Source: Alphaproteobacteria bacterium
GTDB lineage: Bacteria > Pseudomonadota > Alphaproteobacteria > Bin95
Length of the DNA: 64,000 bases
Direction: 5' to 3'
Assembly: GCA_963665325.3 (NCBI GenBank)
Contig: CAXXWS020000002.1
Span: 192,001 to 256,000, forward strand
Shown here: positions 44,208-54,811 of the stretch, piece by piece
Numbering within the stretch: position 1 is the first letter of the stretch
Layout of the letters: the number at the start of each line of letters is the position of its first letter
Program-made: the position numbers and the translations under genes
The notes under the pieces: model-generated
Told to the model about the DNA's origin: nothing
The model's database searches: none
The model's input: only the letters and a program-made list of their open reading frames with translations

Positions 44208-44945
44208 ATGGCGAAGACGGCAATTGTAACGGGCGGGAGCCGGGGGATCGGGGCTTCGGTTTGCCGGCTGCTGGGGGCGGACGGCTGGAATGTCGTCGTG
44301 AACTACGCCGGCAGGGCCGATGCCGCGGAGGCGGTTGTGCGCGAGGTGGAGGCGGCCGGCGGGCGCGCGCTTGCCGCGCAGGCGGATGTGGCGCTGAAGG
44401 CCGACGTGGACCGGCTGTTCGCGGCGGGCGACGAGGCGTTCGGAGGGCTCGACGCGCTGGTCAACAATGCGGGCGTGATCGGGCGGCGGGGCCGGTTCGA
44501 GGCGCTCGACGGGCCGGTGATGGAGGAGGTACTGGCCGTCAATGTGCTCGGCTGCATGCTGTGCGCCCTGGCCGCGATCCCGCGCCTCTCTACCCGCCAC
44601 GGAGGGCGCGGCGGCTCTATCGTCAACATTTCCTCGGGCAATGCCGTATCCGGCGGTCCGGGCGAGTCCGTCCTTTACAGTGTGTCCAAGGGCGCGGTGA
44701 ACTCGCTCACCATCGGCCTCTCGCAGGAGCTTGCCGGCGAGGGCGTGCGCGTCAACACGGTCAGCCCCGGCTTGACCGCCACCGACATGCCGGGACCGGA
44801 AAAGCTCACCGCCATCGGGCCCACCATCCCGATGGGCCGCGTCGCCCATCCCGACGAGATCGCCGAGGGCGTGGTTTGGCTGCTGTCCAACAAGGCCTCC
44901 TATGTCGCGGGCGCCAATCTCCGCATAGGCGGCGGGCGACCCTGA
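44208..44945 (+). CDS. SDR family oxidoreductase
   Basis: TGGSRGIG, NNAG, YxxxK (YSVSK). Confidence 0.93.
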   Translation: MAKTAIVTGGSRGIGASVCRLLGADGWNVVVNYAGRADAAEAVVREVEAAGGRALAAQADVALKADVDRLFAAGDEAFGGLDALVNNAGVIGRRGRFEALDGPVMEEVLAVNVLGCMLCALAAIPRLSTRHGGRGGSIVNISSGNAVSGGPGESVLYSVSKGAVNSLTIGLSQELAGEGVRVNTVSPGLTATDMPGPEKLTAIGPTIPMGRVAHPDEIAEGVVWLLSNKASYVAGANLRIGGGRP

Positions 44946-45021
44946 ACCGAACTCCCGCCCGGCGGATGCGTCCATGAGACCGTTGGACAATCGGGCGCCG
45001 CCGGGGCAGCCTGCCGGCATC

Positions 45022-45918
45022 ATGATGGACCGATTCCCCTATGTTCCGCTGCCGGAGCGCCCGAAGCTGGTCTGGCCCGACGGCAAGCGGCTCGCCGTCT
45101 GGGTGCTGCCCAATATCGAGCATTACGAATACCGCCCGGAATTCGTGAACCAGCGCAATGCCTGGCCGCGTATGCCGGCCCCGGATGTGGTCGGCTACGG
45201 CGTGCGCGACTACGGCAACCGCGTCGGCGTGTGGCGGATGCTCGATGTGTTCGCGCGGCACGGCATCAAGGCCACGGTCTCGCTGAATTTCGGCGTGATC
45301 GAGCACTACCCCGAGGTCTGGCAAGCCTTGCGCGAGCGCGGCGACGACATCCTCTGCCACGGCTTCTACAACACGAGATATCTCTGGGGGCTCCCGGAAG
45401 AAGAGGAGCGCGCGGTCATCCGCGACTGCGTCGAGACCTACGCGCGTGCCACAGGCGGCGAGATGCTGCCGGGCTGGTTCGGCCCCGCGGTCTCCGGCAC
45501 CTTCAACACGGCCGACATCGTGAAGGAGCTCGGCATCCGATATACGGCCGACTACTACCATGACGACCAGCCGACCCTGGTGCACACGAAACACGGGCCG
45601 CTGCCCTGTGTGCCCTATTCGATGGATATCAACGATGCGCAGGTCTATCGCTGGCAAAGCGAGGGCGTGGAGTTCGCGCGTATGATCCGCGACGCCTTCG
45701 ACACCCTTTACGAGGAAAGTGCGGAGACCGGGCGGGTGCTGGCGATCTGCCTGCACCCCTTCCTCTACGGCCAGCCGCACCGGCTCAAATATCTCGACGA
45801 GGCGCTGGCCTATGTGATGAGCCACGAGGGCGTGTGGCAGGCGACCGGCTCCGAGATTACCGACTGGGCGATGCGGGAATGGCTGCCCTCATGGGCCATG
45901 CCGGAGGCGGAGGCATGA
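45022..45918 (+). CDS. polysaccharide deacetylase/PuuE-like hydrolase 1
   Basis: WPDGKRLAV...NIE, DYGNRVGVWR, CHG, DDQP, LHPFLYGQPHR. Start may be 44974. Confidence 0.85.
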   Translation: MMDRFPYVPLPERPKLVWPDGKRLAVWVLPNIEHYEYRPEFVNQRNAWPRMPAPDVVGYGVRDYGNRVGVWRMLDVFARHGIKATVSLNFGVIEHYPEVWQALRERGDDILCHGFYNTRYLWGLPEEEERAVIRDCVETYARATGGEMLPGWFGPAVSGTFNTADIVKELGIRYTADYYHDDQPTLVHTKHGPLPCVPYSMDINDAQVYRWQSEGVEFARMIRDAFDTLYEESAETGRVLAICLHPFLYGQPHRLKYLDEALAYVMSHEGVWQATGSEITDWAMREWLPSWAMPEAEA

Positions 45919-46823
45919 GCGAGCAGACGCGCCGCTTCCGCGACGGCCCAGGCTACGACCACCCCTGGTTCGACTGGCCGCCGCCGGAGGCCCCGCCCGC
46001 CTGGCCCGGCGGCGCGCGGCTTGCGGTGATGCCGCTCATCCATGTCGAGCATTTCGAGCTGGACCCCGACCCGGATGCGTTTGCCGACCCGCGCTTTGCC
46101 GGCGCGCTCGGCAGCTACCGCCCGGACTACAACAATTTCACCCGCCGCCTTTACGGCCTGCGCGTCGGCGTCTGGCGCATTTTCGACATCCTGAAGGCGC
46201 ACGGGCTTCGGGCGACCGTCGCGCTCGGCGCCGCCGCCGCCGAGGAGTGCCCGCAGATTGTTGAGCGCGCGCTCAAGGACGGCCATGGCATTGCCGCGCA
46301 TGGAACGGTCGCCAACCGGATGATTTCCGAGCGTATGAGCGAGGCGGAGGAGCGCGCCTTCATCGCCGAGTCGGCTGCGCGGCTCGAAGCCTGCCTGGGC
46401 AACCGGCCGCGCGGCTGGGTCGGGCAGGACCACGGCGAAAGCTCGCGCACGCCGGGCCTGCTGGCGGAGGCCGGCTTCGACCATGTCATCGACTGGCCGA
46501 ACGACGAATGTCCGGTACCCATGCTGACGGTGCCGACAATGCTCTCGATCCCGGCCCACACGGAATGGGACGACGCGGAGCTGTTCGCCGTGCGCAAGGT
46601 CGATGCCTGGCGCTATCCGGAACTCATCGCGGATGCCGCCGAATGCCTGCACGGCGAGGGCGGGCGCATGATGACGCTCGGCATCCACAGCTGGATCTTC
46701 GGCCAGCCGCACCGCAGCCGCCATCTCGACGCGGCGCTCGGCCGGCTGCTCGAACTGGACGGCCTCTGGAATGCGACCTCGGACGAGATCGCCGATACCA
46801 TGTTGGAGACTGCACAGCCATGA
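45915..46823 (+). CDS. polysaccharide deacetylase/PuuE-like hydrolase 2
   Basis: WPGGARLAV, YGLRVGVWR, AHG, NDE.P, IHSWIFGQPHR. ATGA overlaps on both sides. Confidence 0.82.
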   Translation: MSEQTRRFRDGPGYDHPWFDWPPPEAPPAWPGGARLAVMPLIHVEHFELDPDPDAFADPRFAGALGSYRPDYNNFTRRLYGLRVGVWRIFDILKAHGLRATVALGAAAAEECPQIVERALKDGHGIAAHGTVANRMISERMSEAEERAFIAESAARLEACLGNRPRGWVGQDHGESSRTPGLLAEAGFDHVIDWPNDECPVPMLTVPTMLSIPAHTEWDDAELFAVRKVDAWRYPELIADAAECLHGEGGRMMTLGIHSWIFGQPHRSRHLDAALGRLLELDGLWNATSDEIADTMLETAQP

Positions 46824-48358
46824 ACGGCGCGGAAAGCCTTGTCACGACGCTTGTGGGCGGCGGGGTCGATGTCTGCTTCACCAATCCCGGCACCTCGGAA
46901 ATGCATTTCGTGGCGGCGCTCGACCGCGTGGACGGGATGCGCTCCGTGCTCTGCCTGTTCGAAGGCGTGGTGTCGGGCGCGGCCGACGGCTACTGGCGCA
47001 TGGCCCGGCGTCCGTCGGCGACCCTGCTGCATCTGGGGCCGGGGCTCGGCAATGCGGTTGCCAACCTGCACAATGCGAAGAAGGCGCATTCCGGCATCGT
47101 CAACATTGTCGGCGAGCACGCCACCTTCCACATCGAGCACGACGCGCCGCTGACCGCCGACATCGAAGGCATCGCCCGGCCGGTGTCGCACTGGGTCCAC
47201 ACTTCGCGCGATTCCACCACGGTCGCCGAAGACGGAGCGCGGGCCATCGCGGAGGCGAAAGCGGCGCCGGGGCGCATCGCCACCCTGATCCTGCCGGGCG
47301 ACACGGCCTGGAATGCCGCGAACGGTGTGGCCTCCGTGCCCGATGTCGCGCCGCCCGCCAAGGTGAATGAAGAGGCCGTCGCGGAGGCGGCGGAGGCCGC
47401 GGGCGAGGGCTGCATGCTGTTGCTCAGCGGCGACGCGCTGACGGAACGGGGCCTCGCGCTCGCCGGGGCGATTGCAGCGAAGACGGGCTCGGCCTTGCTA
47501 GCGCAGACCTCCAACGCGGTGCTGCAGCGCGGGGCGGGGCGGGTCCCGGTCGGGCGCGTGCCGTTCCCGGTGCTCCAGGCCGTGGAGCAACTCAAGGACA
47601 TGCATACGGTCGTGCTCGTCGGGGCGAAGGCCCCGGTGGCGTTCTTCGGCTATCCGGACCGTCCGAGCGTCGTGACCTCCGAGGGTTGCGAGATCCGCTG
47701 CCTTGCGGCAATCGAGGAGGATCAACTGGACGCCCTGGAACGGCTCGCCGACCGCGTTGGCGCGCGTATCGAGGATGCGCCGGTGCAGAAGCCCTTCAAG
47801 CCGGACCTGCCGACGGGCGCGTTCGACCTCGACAAGCTGGCCGCCATTCTCGGCAACACGATCCCCGAGAACGCGATCTGCATCGATGAGTCCGTGACCA
47901 CCGGGCGCGGCTTCTATCCGCTGACGGCCGGTGCGCCGCCGCATGACTGGCTGCAGAACATGGGCGGCTCCATCGGCTATGGCGGCCCCTGCGCGGTGGG
48001 CGCGGCCATTGCCTGCCCGGACCGCAAGGTGCTGGCGATGATCGGCGACGGCAGCGCGATGTACACGATCCAGGCGCTGTGGACGATGGCCCGCGAGAAC
48101 CTCGACATCACCGTCGTGATCTGGGCCAATCGCACCTACCAGATCCTCAAGGGCGAACTCGCCAACGTCGGCGCCGGCAATCCGGGCCGCAAGGCGCTGG
48201 ACATGCTCGATATCGGCAGGCCCGATATGAACTTCGTCGAAATGGCCCGCGGCATGGGCGTGGACGGCGAGCGCGCCGAAAACTGCGAGGGGCTGATACG
48301 TGCGCTGGGACGCGCGAATGCCGAGCGCGGCCCCTACCTGATCGAGGCGGTTCTCTGA
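46820..48358 (+). CDS. thiamine-diphosphate-dependent enzyme (acetolactate synthase large subunit-like)
   Basis: NPGTSEMH, LFEG...GAADGY, ThDP-binding GDGSAMY....N. Confidence 0.9.
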   Translation: MNGAESLVTTLVGGGVDVCFTNPGTSEMHFVAALDRVDGMRSVLCLFEGVVSGAADGYWRMARRPSATLLHLGPGLGNAVANLHNAKKAHSGIVNIVGEHATFHIEHDAPLTADIEGIARPVSHWVHTSRDSTTVAEDGARAIAEAKAAPGRIATLILPGDTAWNAANGVASVPDVAPPAKVNEEAVAEAAEAAGEGCMLLLSGDALTERGLALAGAIAAKTGSALLAQTSNAVLQRGAGRVPVGRVPFPVLQAVEQLKDMHTVVLVGAKAPVAFFGYPDRPSVVTSEGCEIRCLAAIEEDQLDALERLADRVGARIEDAPVQKPFKPDLPTGAFDLDKLAAILGNTIPENAICIDESVTTGRGFYPLTAGAPPHDWLQNMGGSIGYGGPCAVGAAIACPDRKVLAMIGDGSAMYTIQALWTMARENLDITVVIWANRTYQILKGELANVGAGNPGRKALDMLDIGRPDMNFVEMARGMGVDGERAENCEGLIRALGRANAERGPYLIEAVL

Positions 48359-48406
48359 CAGAACTGTAACTGGACCGCCTCGGGGCCGGGCCGCATAATC
48401 GCCGCT

Positions 48407-50224
48407 ATGCGTATATTTTTCCTGCTTATGCTCTGCGCGATTCTCGTCCCGGTGGACGGCCGTGCGGAGACGATCCATCGCGCCCATGCCATCGCCATGC
48501 ATGGCGAGCCGAAATATCCGGCCGGATTCCCGCATTTTGACTATGTGAACCCGGAGGCTCCGAAGGGCGGCGCCGTCCGGTTCGGCGTTCAGGGCAGTTT
48601 CGACACCTTCAACCCCTATAACGGCAAGGGCAATGCCGCCGGGATGGCCAACCCCGTCGAGACCCTCTTGACCGGCAGCGATGACGAGCCGTTCACCGCA
48701 TACGGCCTGATCGCGGAAAGCGTCGAGTGGCCGGAAGACCGGTCCTGGGTCGTCTTCCATCTGCGTGAGGAGGCGCGCTGGCACGACGGCAAGCCGATCA
48801 CGGTCGAGGATGTGATCTTCTCGCTGGAGTTGTTGAAGACTCAGGGCGAGCCCTTCTTCCGACATTATTACCGAGATGTCGACAAGGGCGAGAAGATCGG
48901 TCCGCGAAGCATCCGGTTCCGGTTTTCGAGCGGCTCCAACCGAGAACTGCCGCTGATCGTCGGCCAGATTCCGGTCCTACCGAAACATTACTGGGAGGGG
49001 CGGGACTTCCAGGAGACGACCCTCGATCCGCCGCTCGGCAGCGGCCCCTACCGGGTCTCGTCCTTCGAGACGGGACGCTATCTCGAACTGGAGCGCGTCG
49101 GGGACTATTGGGGCCGCGACCTGCCGGTGCGGCGCGGCACGGGTAATTTTGACCGCCTCCGCTACGAGTATTTCCGCGACACGACGGCCATTCGCGAGGC
49201 GCTCAAATCCGGCGACCTGGATTACCGGGAAGAGAACATCTCCAAGTCCTGGGCCACGGAATACGACATCGAGGCGGTGAAAAAAGGATGGCTGAAAAAG
49301 GAGAGCATCGAGCACGGACGGGTTGCGGGGATGCAGGCCTTTGTCTTCAACACCCGGCGCGACATCTTCAAGGACCGGCGGGTGCGCCGCGCGCTCGGTT
49401 ACGCCTTTGATTTCGAGTGGTCGAACCGGACCCTCTTCTACGGCATCTACAACAGGACGGAGAGCTATTTCGACAACTCGGAGCTTGCCTCCTCCGGGTT
49501 GCCGGAGGGCCGCGAACTGGAGCTTCTGGAGCCCTACCGCGACCGCCTGCCGCCGGAGGTCTTCACCGAGCCTTTCGAACTGCCGAAGACCGACGGGCAG
49601 GGCTGGCCGCGCGAGAATTACCGCGCTGCGCTGCGCCTGTTGAAGGCGGCGGGCTGGGAACTCCGCGACCTGAAGCTGGTCCATATCGAGTCAGGCAAGC
49701 CGATGGCCTTCGAAGTGCTGCTGCGCAATCCGGCCTTCGAGCGCGTCTTCCTGCCCTTTGCGCGCAACCTCAAGCGGCTGGGCGTCGAAGCCCGCATTCG
49801 CCTGGTGGACCCCTCGCAATATTCGCAGCGCGTGCGGGGGCGCGATTTCGACATGATCGTCGGAGGTTGGGGCCAGAGCCATTCGCCGGGCAACGAACAG
49901 CGGGACTATTGGGGCTCCGCCGCCGCCGACCAGTTCGCCAGCCGCAATCCGGCCGGCATAGTCGATCCCGCGGTCGACGCCCTTGTGGAGAGCCTGATCG
50001 CCGCTCCCGACCGGCAGGAATTGGTCTACCGCACCAGGGCCCTCGACCGGGTGCTGCTGCACGGCTACTGGATTATCCCGAACTGGCACACCTCTGCCGA
50101 CCGCGTCCTCTACTGGGACAGGTTCGGGCGTCCGCCAACCGTGCCGATGGACGGCGTAAACACGAACCGCTGGTGGTTCAACCCCGCGAAGGCCGCCGCA
50201 CTGGAAGCGGCGCGCGGCGGCTGA
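48407..50224 (+). CDS. yejA: ABC transporter substrate-binding protein YejA-like
   Basis: HAIAMHGEPKY..F.HFDYVNP.APKGG, SDDEP...YGLIA, PLGSGPY, SPGNEQ..YW. Confidence 0.9.
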   Translation: MRIFFLLMLCAILVPVDGRAETIHRAHAIAMHGEPKYPAGFPHFDYVNPEAPKGGAVRFGVQGSFDTFNPYNGKGNAAGMANPVETLLTGSDDEPFTAYGLIAESVEWPEDRSWVVFHLREEARWHDGKPITVEDVIFSLELLKTQGEPFFRHYYRDVDKGEKIGPRSIRFRFSSGSNRELPLIVGQIPVLPKHYWEGRDFQETTLDPPLGSGPYRVSSFETGRYLELERVGDYWGRDLPVRRGTGNFDRLRYEYFRDTTAIREALKSGDLDYREENISKSWATEYDIEAVKKGWLKKESIEHGRVAGMQAFVFNTRRDIFKDRRVRRALGYAFDFEWSNRTLFYGIYNRTESYFDNSELASSGLPEGRELELLEPYRDRLPPEVFTEPFELPKTDGQGWPRENYRAALRLLKAAGWELRDLKLVHIESGKPMAFEVLLRNPAFERVFLPFARNLKRLGVEARIRLVDPSQYSQRVRGRDFDMIVGGWGQSHSPGNEQRDYWGSAAADQFASRNPAGIVDPAVDALVESLIAAPDRQELVYRTRALDRVLLHGYWIIPNWHTSADRVLYWDRFGRPPTVPMDGVNTNRWWFNPAKAAALEAARGG

Positions 50225-50255
50225 CAGCCCGCCGGCAGCGCTCACAAGCCGGCCG

Positions 50256-51344
50256 ATGGCAGCCTATATCCTGCGCCGCCTGGCGCTGATGGCGCCGACC
50301 TTTCTCGGCATCATCCTCATCAATTTCGTCGTCATCCAGTTCGCCCCCGGCGGACCGGTCGATCAGGCGATCGCGCAGCTGGAGGGCTATGGCGACGCGG
50401 CGATCGAACGTGTGACCCGCGGCGGCGCGGAGATCGTGCGCAGCGCGGAGAGTTCCGACAGCCGCTACCGGGGCGCGCAGGGCCTCGACCCCGCCTATAT
50501 CGCCGAACTGGAGAAGCGTTTCGGCTTCGACAGGCCGGTGCATGAGCGCTTCTTCAAGATGGTCGGCGACTATCTGAGCTTCGATTTCGGCGAAAGCTAT
50601 TTCCGCGATGAGCGCGTCGTGGACCTCGTGCTCGAAAAGATGCCGGTCTCGATCTCGCTCGGCCTGTGGACGACCTTGCTGGTCTATCTCATCTCGATCC
50701 CGCTCGGCGTCGCCAAGGCGGTGCGCGACGGCTCGCGCTTCGACATCTGGACGAGCGCGCTCGTGGTGGTGGGTAACGCGATTCCCTCCTTCATCTTCGC
50801 GGTCATGCTGCTCGTGCTGTTCGCCGGCGGCAGCTATTTCGACTGGTTCCCGCTTAAGGGCCTGAGTTCCGAAGGGGCGGAGGGCTGGCCGTGGTATTCG
50901 CAGGTCGCCGACTATTTCTGGCATCTGGCGCTGCCGATAACGGCCATGGTCGTCGGCGGCTTCGCGACGCTCACCCTGCTCACCAAGAACTCGTTCCTCG
51001 ACCAGATAAGTCAGCAATATGTGCTGACGGCGAGGGCGAAGGGGCTGACCGAGCGCCGGGTGCTCTACGGCCATGTCTTCCGCAACGCCATGCTGATCGT
51101 CATTGCCGGCTTCCCGGCGGCCTTCGTCGGGGTCCTGTTCACTGGCGCGGTGTTGATCGAGACGATCTTTTCGCTGGACGGCCTCGGACTGCTCGGCTTC
51201 GAGGCGGCGCTCAACCGCGACTATCCGATCATGTTCGCCTCGCTCTGGTTCTTCACCCTGCTCGGCCTCGTCATGCAGCTCATCGGAGACCTCACCTACA
51301 TGCTGGTGGACCCGCGCATCGACTTCGAGACACGGCAGGTCTGA
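50256..51344 (+). CDS. yejB: ABC transporter permease YejB
   Basis: QFAPGGPV, YRGAQGLD, TKNSFLD....QYV.TARAKGL, DPRIDF. Confidence 0.92.
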   Translation: MAAYILRRLALMAPTFLGIILINFVVIQFAPGGPVDQAIAQLEGYGDAAIERVTRGGAEIVRSAESSDSRYRGAQGLDPAYIAELEKRFGFDRPVHERFFKMVGDYLSFDFGESYFRDERVVDLVLEKMPVSISLGLWTTLLVYLISIPLGVAKAVRDGSRFDIWTSALVVVGNAIPSFIFAVMLLVLFAGGSYFDWFPLKGLSSEGAEGWPWYSQVADYFWHLALPITAMVVGGFATLTLLTKNSFLDQISQQYVLTARAKGLTERRVLYGHVFRNAMLIVIAGFPAAFVGVLFTGAVLIETIFSLDGLGLLGFEAALNRDYPIMFASLWFFTLLGLVMQLIGDLTYMLVDPRIDFETRQV

Positions 51345-51347
51345 GGC

Positions 51348-52376
51348 GTGTCCCTGAGCCCGCTTGCACGCCGGCGCCTCGCCAATTTCCGCGCCAACCG
51401 GCGGGGCTGGTGGTCGCTCTGGATTTTCCTCGCGCTCTTCCTGCTCTCGCTCGGCGCGGAGTTCATCGCCAACGACAAGCCCTTCGTCGTCTTCTATGAC
51501 GGCGGGCTCTATCTGCCGGTCTTCGAGCGCTATCCGGAGACCGTCTTCGGCGGCGAGTTCGAGGTCGAGGCCGACTACCGCGACCCTTATGTCCGCGAAC
51601 TGATTGCGGAGAAGGGCTGGATGCTGAACCCGATCATCGCATACGACTACCGCACGGTCGCCTGGGACCTGCCGACGCCGGCCCCGTCTGCGCCCGACGC
51701 GGAGCATTGGCTCGGCACGGACGACCAGGCCCGCGATGTCGTGGCGCGCCTCATCTACGGGTTCCGCGTCTCGGTGCTGTTCGGCCTCACGCTCACGCTC
51801 TTCAGCAGTATCGTCGGCGTGGCGGCCGGCGCCGTGCAGGGCTATTTCGGCGGCTGGACCGATCTCATCGGCCAGCGCATGATCGAAATCTGGGGCAGCA
51901 TGCCGACGCTCTACCTGCTCATCATTCTCGCCAGCACGATCACGCCGACCTTCTGGTGGCTGCTCGGGCTGCTGCTGCTGTTCTCCTGGATCGCGCTGGT
52001 CGGGCTGGTGCGCGCCGAGTTCCTGCGGGCGCGCAATTTCGACTATGTGCGCGCCGCCCGCGCTCTCGGCGTCTCCAACCCGGTGGTCATCTTCCGCCAT
52101 GTGCTGCCGAATGCGCTGGTGGCGACGATCACCTTCCTGCCCTTCGTGCTGATCGGCGCCATCACCTCGCTGACGGGCCTGGACTTCCTCGGCTTCGGCC
52201 TGCCGGTCGGCTCCGCCTCGCTCGGCGAACTGCTGGCGCAGGGCAAGGCCAACCTGCAGGCGCCCTGGCTCGGCCTCACCGCCTTCTTCTCGCTTGCCGT
52301 GCTGCTCTCGCTGCTGGTGTTCATCGGCGAGGCGGTGCGCGACGCCTTCGACCCGCGCAAGGGCCTCTCGGCATGA
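51348..52376 (+). CDS. yejE: ABC transporter permease YejE
   Basis: F.AN.RG.WSL, YPET.FGG, LGTDDQARDV.AR.IYGFR, FIGE.VRDAFDPR. GTG start. Confidence 0.92.
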   Translation: MSLSPLARRRLANFRANRRGWWSLWIFLALFLLSLGAEFIANDKPFVVFYDGGLYLPVFERYPETVFGGEFEVEADYRDPYVRELIAEKGWMLNPIIAYDYRTVAWDLPTPAPSAPDAEHWLGTDDQARDVVARLIYGFRVSVLFGLTLTLFSSIVGVAAGAVQGYFGGWTDLIGQRMIEIWGSMPTLYLLIILASTITPTFWWLLGLLLLFSWIALVGLVRAEFLRARNFDYVRAARALGVSNPVVIFRHVLPNALVATITFLPFVLIGAITSLTGLDFLGFGLPVGSASLGELLAQGKANLQAPWLGLTAFFSLAVLLSLLVFIGEAVRDAFDPRKGLSA

Positions 52377-53986
52377 CCGCGCTGCTGACCGTCGATGACC
52401 TCCGGGTCGATTTCCAGAGCCACGAGACGCAAGTCCACGCCGTGCGCGGCGTGTCCTTCGACATCGAGCGCGGCGAGACCTTGGCGCTGGTCGGCGAAAG
52501 CGGTTCCGGCAAGTCGGTGACCGCGCTCTCGCTGCTTCAGCTTCTGCCCTATCCGGCCGCCTCGCACCCCTCGGGGCGCATCCGTTTCGACGGCAGCGAC
52601 CTCATGGGCGCGGACGAGGCGGTCATGCGCCAAGTGCGCGGCGACCGCATCGCCATGATCTTCCAGGAGCCGATGACGTCCCTCAACCCGCTGCACACGG
52701 TCTCGCGGCAGGTGAGCGAGACGCTGTTCCTGCACAAGGGCTTCTCGCGCGAGCGGGCGCGGGCCGAGACGCTGAAGCTGCTGCGCGAGGTCGGCCTGCG
52801 GGACCCCGAGCAGCGCCTCGACAGCTATCCGCACCAGCTTTCCGGCGGCCAGCGCCAGCGGGTGATGATCGCCATGGCGCTCGCCAACGAGCCGGACCTG
52901 CTGATCGCCGACGAGCCGACCACCGCGCTCGACGTGACGATCCAGGCCCAGATCCTCGACCTGCTGAAGCGCCTTCAGGCAGAGCGCGGCATGGCGCTGC
53001 TGCTCATCACCCACAATCTCGCCATCGTGCGCAAGATGGCCGACCGTGTGTGCGTGATGACGGAGGGCGAGATCGTCGAGCGCGGCAGCCGGGACGATAT
53101 TTTCGAGCGCGCCGGCCATCCCTACACGCAGCGCCTGCTCGCGGCCGAACCGAAGGGCGAGCCGCCGCGGGCCCCGGAAGGCGCGCAGGAGATCGTTCGC
53201 GCGGAGGACGTGCGGGTCTGGTTCCCGGTCAAGCGCGGCGCGCTGCGGCGAACGGTTGGCCATATCAAGGCGGTGGACGGCATATCCTGCATGGTTCGCG
53301 AAGGCCGCACGGTCGGCGTGGTCGGCGAGAGCGGGTCCGGCAAGACGACCCTCGGGCTGGCGCTCCTGCGCCTCGAACGCTCGCGCGGCGCCATCGTCTT
53401 CGGCGGCAGGCCGATCCACGGGGAAGGCTGGAAGGCGCTCCGGCCGCTGCGGCGCGAAATGCAGATCGTCTTCCAGGACCCCTATGGCTCGCTCTCGCCG
53501 AGGCTCACGGTCGGCCAGATCGTCGGCGAGGGGCTGGCCGTCCACGATATCGGCGGCAGTGCCGACGCGCGCAGGCAGGCGGTCGAAGAGGCGTTGGAGG
53601 AGGTGGGCCTCGAAGCTGTAATGACGGACCGCTACCCGCACGAGTTCTCCGGCGGCCAGCGCCAGCGCATCGCGATTGCGCGCGCCATGGTGCTGAAACC
53701 GCGCTTCGTGGTGCTGGACGAGCCGACCTCGGCGCTCGACATGTCGGTGCAGGCGCAGATCGTGGACCTGCTCCGCGACCTCCAGCTTCGCCACCGGTTG
53801 GCCTACCTGTTCATCAGCCACGACCTCAAGGTCGTACGCGCGCTCGCCGACGAGCTGATCGTGATGCGCGAGGGCAGGGTGGTGGAGCAGGGCCCGGCCC
53901 GCACCGTCTTCGAGGCCCCCCGCGACGACTACACCAAGGCCCTCCTAGCCGCCGCCTTCGACCTTGAGGCGCGGGAACCCGGATAG
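52373..53986 (+). CDS. yejF: ABC transporter double ATP-binding protein YejF
   Basis: Two Walker A ([16 protein letters not shown]) and two YPH..SGGQRQR signatures. Confidence 0.92.
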   Translation: MTALLTVDDLRVDFQSHETQVHAVRGVSFDIERGETLALVGESGSGKSVTALSLLQLLPYPAASHPSGRIRFDGSDLMGADEAVMRQVRGDRIAMIFQEPMTSLNPLHTVSRQVSETLFLHKGFSRERARAETLKLLREVGLRDPEQRLDSYPHQLSGGQRQRVMIAMALANEPDLLIADEPTTALDVTIQAQILDLLKRLQAERGMALLLITHNLAIVRKMADRVCVMTEGEIVERGSRDDIFERAGHPYTQRLLAAEPKGEPPRAPEGAQEIVRAEDVRVWFPVKRGALRRTVGHIKAVDGISCMVREGRTVGVVGESGSGKTTLGLALLRLERSRGAIVFGGRPIHGEGWKALRPLRREMQIVFQDPYGSLSPRLTVGQIVGEGLAVHDIGGSADARRQAVEEALEEVGLEAVMTDRYPHEFSGGQRQRIAIARAMVLKPRFVVLDEPTSALDMSVQAQIVDLLRDLQLRHRLAYLFISHDLKVVRALADELIVMREGRVVEQGPARTVFEAPRDDYTKALLAAAFDLEAREPG

Positions 53987-54016
53987 GTTGGAGCGTCTCG
54001 CCTTTTCCCTTCGCAG

Positions 54017-54038
54017 GGTTATCGGAAAATGATAACCT
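54017..54038 (+). promoter_or_regulatory. palindromic operator overlapping an extended -10 (leaderless TA promoter)
   Basis: GGTTATC-N7-GATAACC (54017-54037); TG-n-TAACCT ends 6 nt before ATG 54045. Confidence 0.6.
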
Positions 54039-54044
54039 GAAGAA

Positions 54045-54416
54045 ATGACAGCGCCCGACGCCGATCCCGGGCTTGAGACATTGCTGGACCTTCACGGCCA
54101 GACTCTGTTCGTCGATGATTCGGGATGCTGGGTCAAATTCGTCGTGCGGCGAACCGGGGTCACGACCGAGCGGCCCCACGGCCTTAGCTATTCGTTGACG
54201 CTGCACGGGCCGGACGGCGCAAGGCTGGTGGGATTCGACAATGCACACCCTGTCAGGAATCGTCGTGGAGCGGGGAAGCGGGAACGCAGCGGACACGACC
54301 ATCGGCACCGCCTCAGGACAATCGGACCGTACGACTACAAGGATGCCGCCACGCTTCTCGAAGATTTCTGGAAGGAAGTAGACGCGGTCCTGAAGGAGCG
54401 AGGGTCGATCCCATGA
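54045..54416 (+). CDS. DUF6516 (TumE-like) toxin
   Basis: RPHGLSYSLTLH...G.RLVGFDNAH....DHRH....Y....A..LL.DF..EV. Confidence 0.82.
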   Translation: MTAPDADPGLETLLDLHGQTLFVDDSGCWVKFVVRRTGVTTERPHGLSYSLTLHGPDGARLVGFDNAHPVRNRRGAGKRERSGHDHRHRLRTIGPYDYKDAATLLEDFWKEVDAVLKERGSIP

Positions 54417-54793
54417 CGACATTGAAGATCGGTATCGCCGGGTACGACCGGATGAAGGAGCGGACAATGGCGATCGCACGGGGAGAGCACAAGCCTTCCG
54501 GGGACGAGCCAACGGTCTGGTTCACGTCCGTCGAGAGCTTCGCCAGGGTGCTCTCCGGGCACAATCGCGAGCTGTTGGCGACGATAGTGCGGGAGCAACC
54601 GGGTTCGCTGACGGAGTTGGCGGCGCTGGCCGGGCGAAGCAAGTCGAACCTGTCACGCACTCTCAAGACGATGTCGCGCTACGGTCTAGTGGAGTTGGCG
54701 GCGGGACGGCGCGGTGCGGTCGTTCCCCGCGTTCCCTACGACCGGGTAAGCCTGGACCTGCCGCTGACGACTTCGCCGCGCGAGGCCGCATAA
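54413..54793 (+). CDS. HTH transcriptional regulator / antitoxin partner
   Basis: VWFTS.ES.A.VLS..N..LL..I....P.SL.ELA...GR..SNLSRTL.TM..YGLV. ATGA overlap. Confidence 0.85.
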   Translation: MTTLKIGIAGYDRMKERTMAIARGEHKPSGDEPTVWFTSVESFARVLSGHNRELLATIVREQPGSLTELAALAGRSKSNLSRTLKTMSRYGLVELAAGRRGAVVPRVPYDRVSLDLPLTTSPREAA

Positions 54794-54811
54794 GGCAGCC
54801 GGCAGCGGCGC

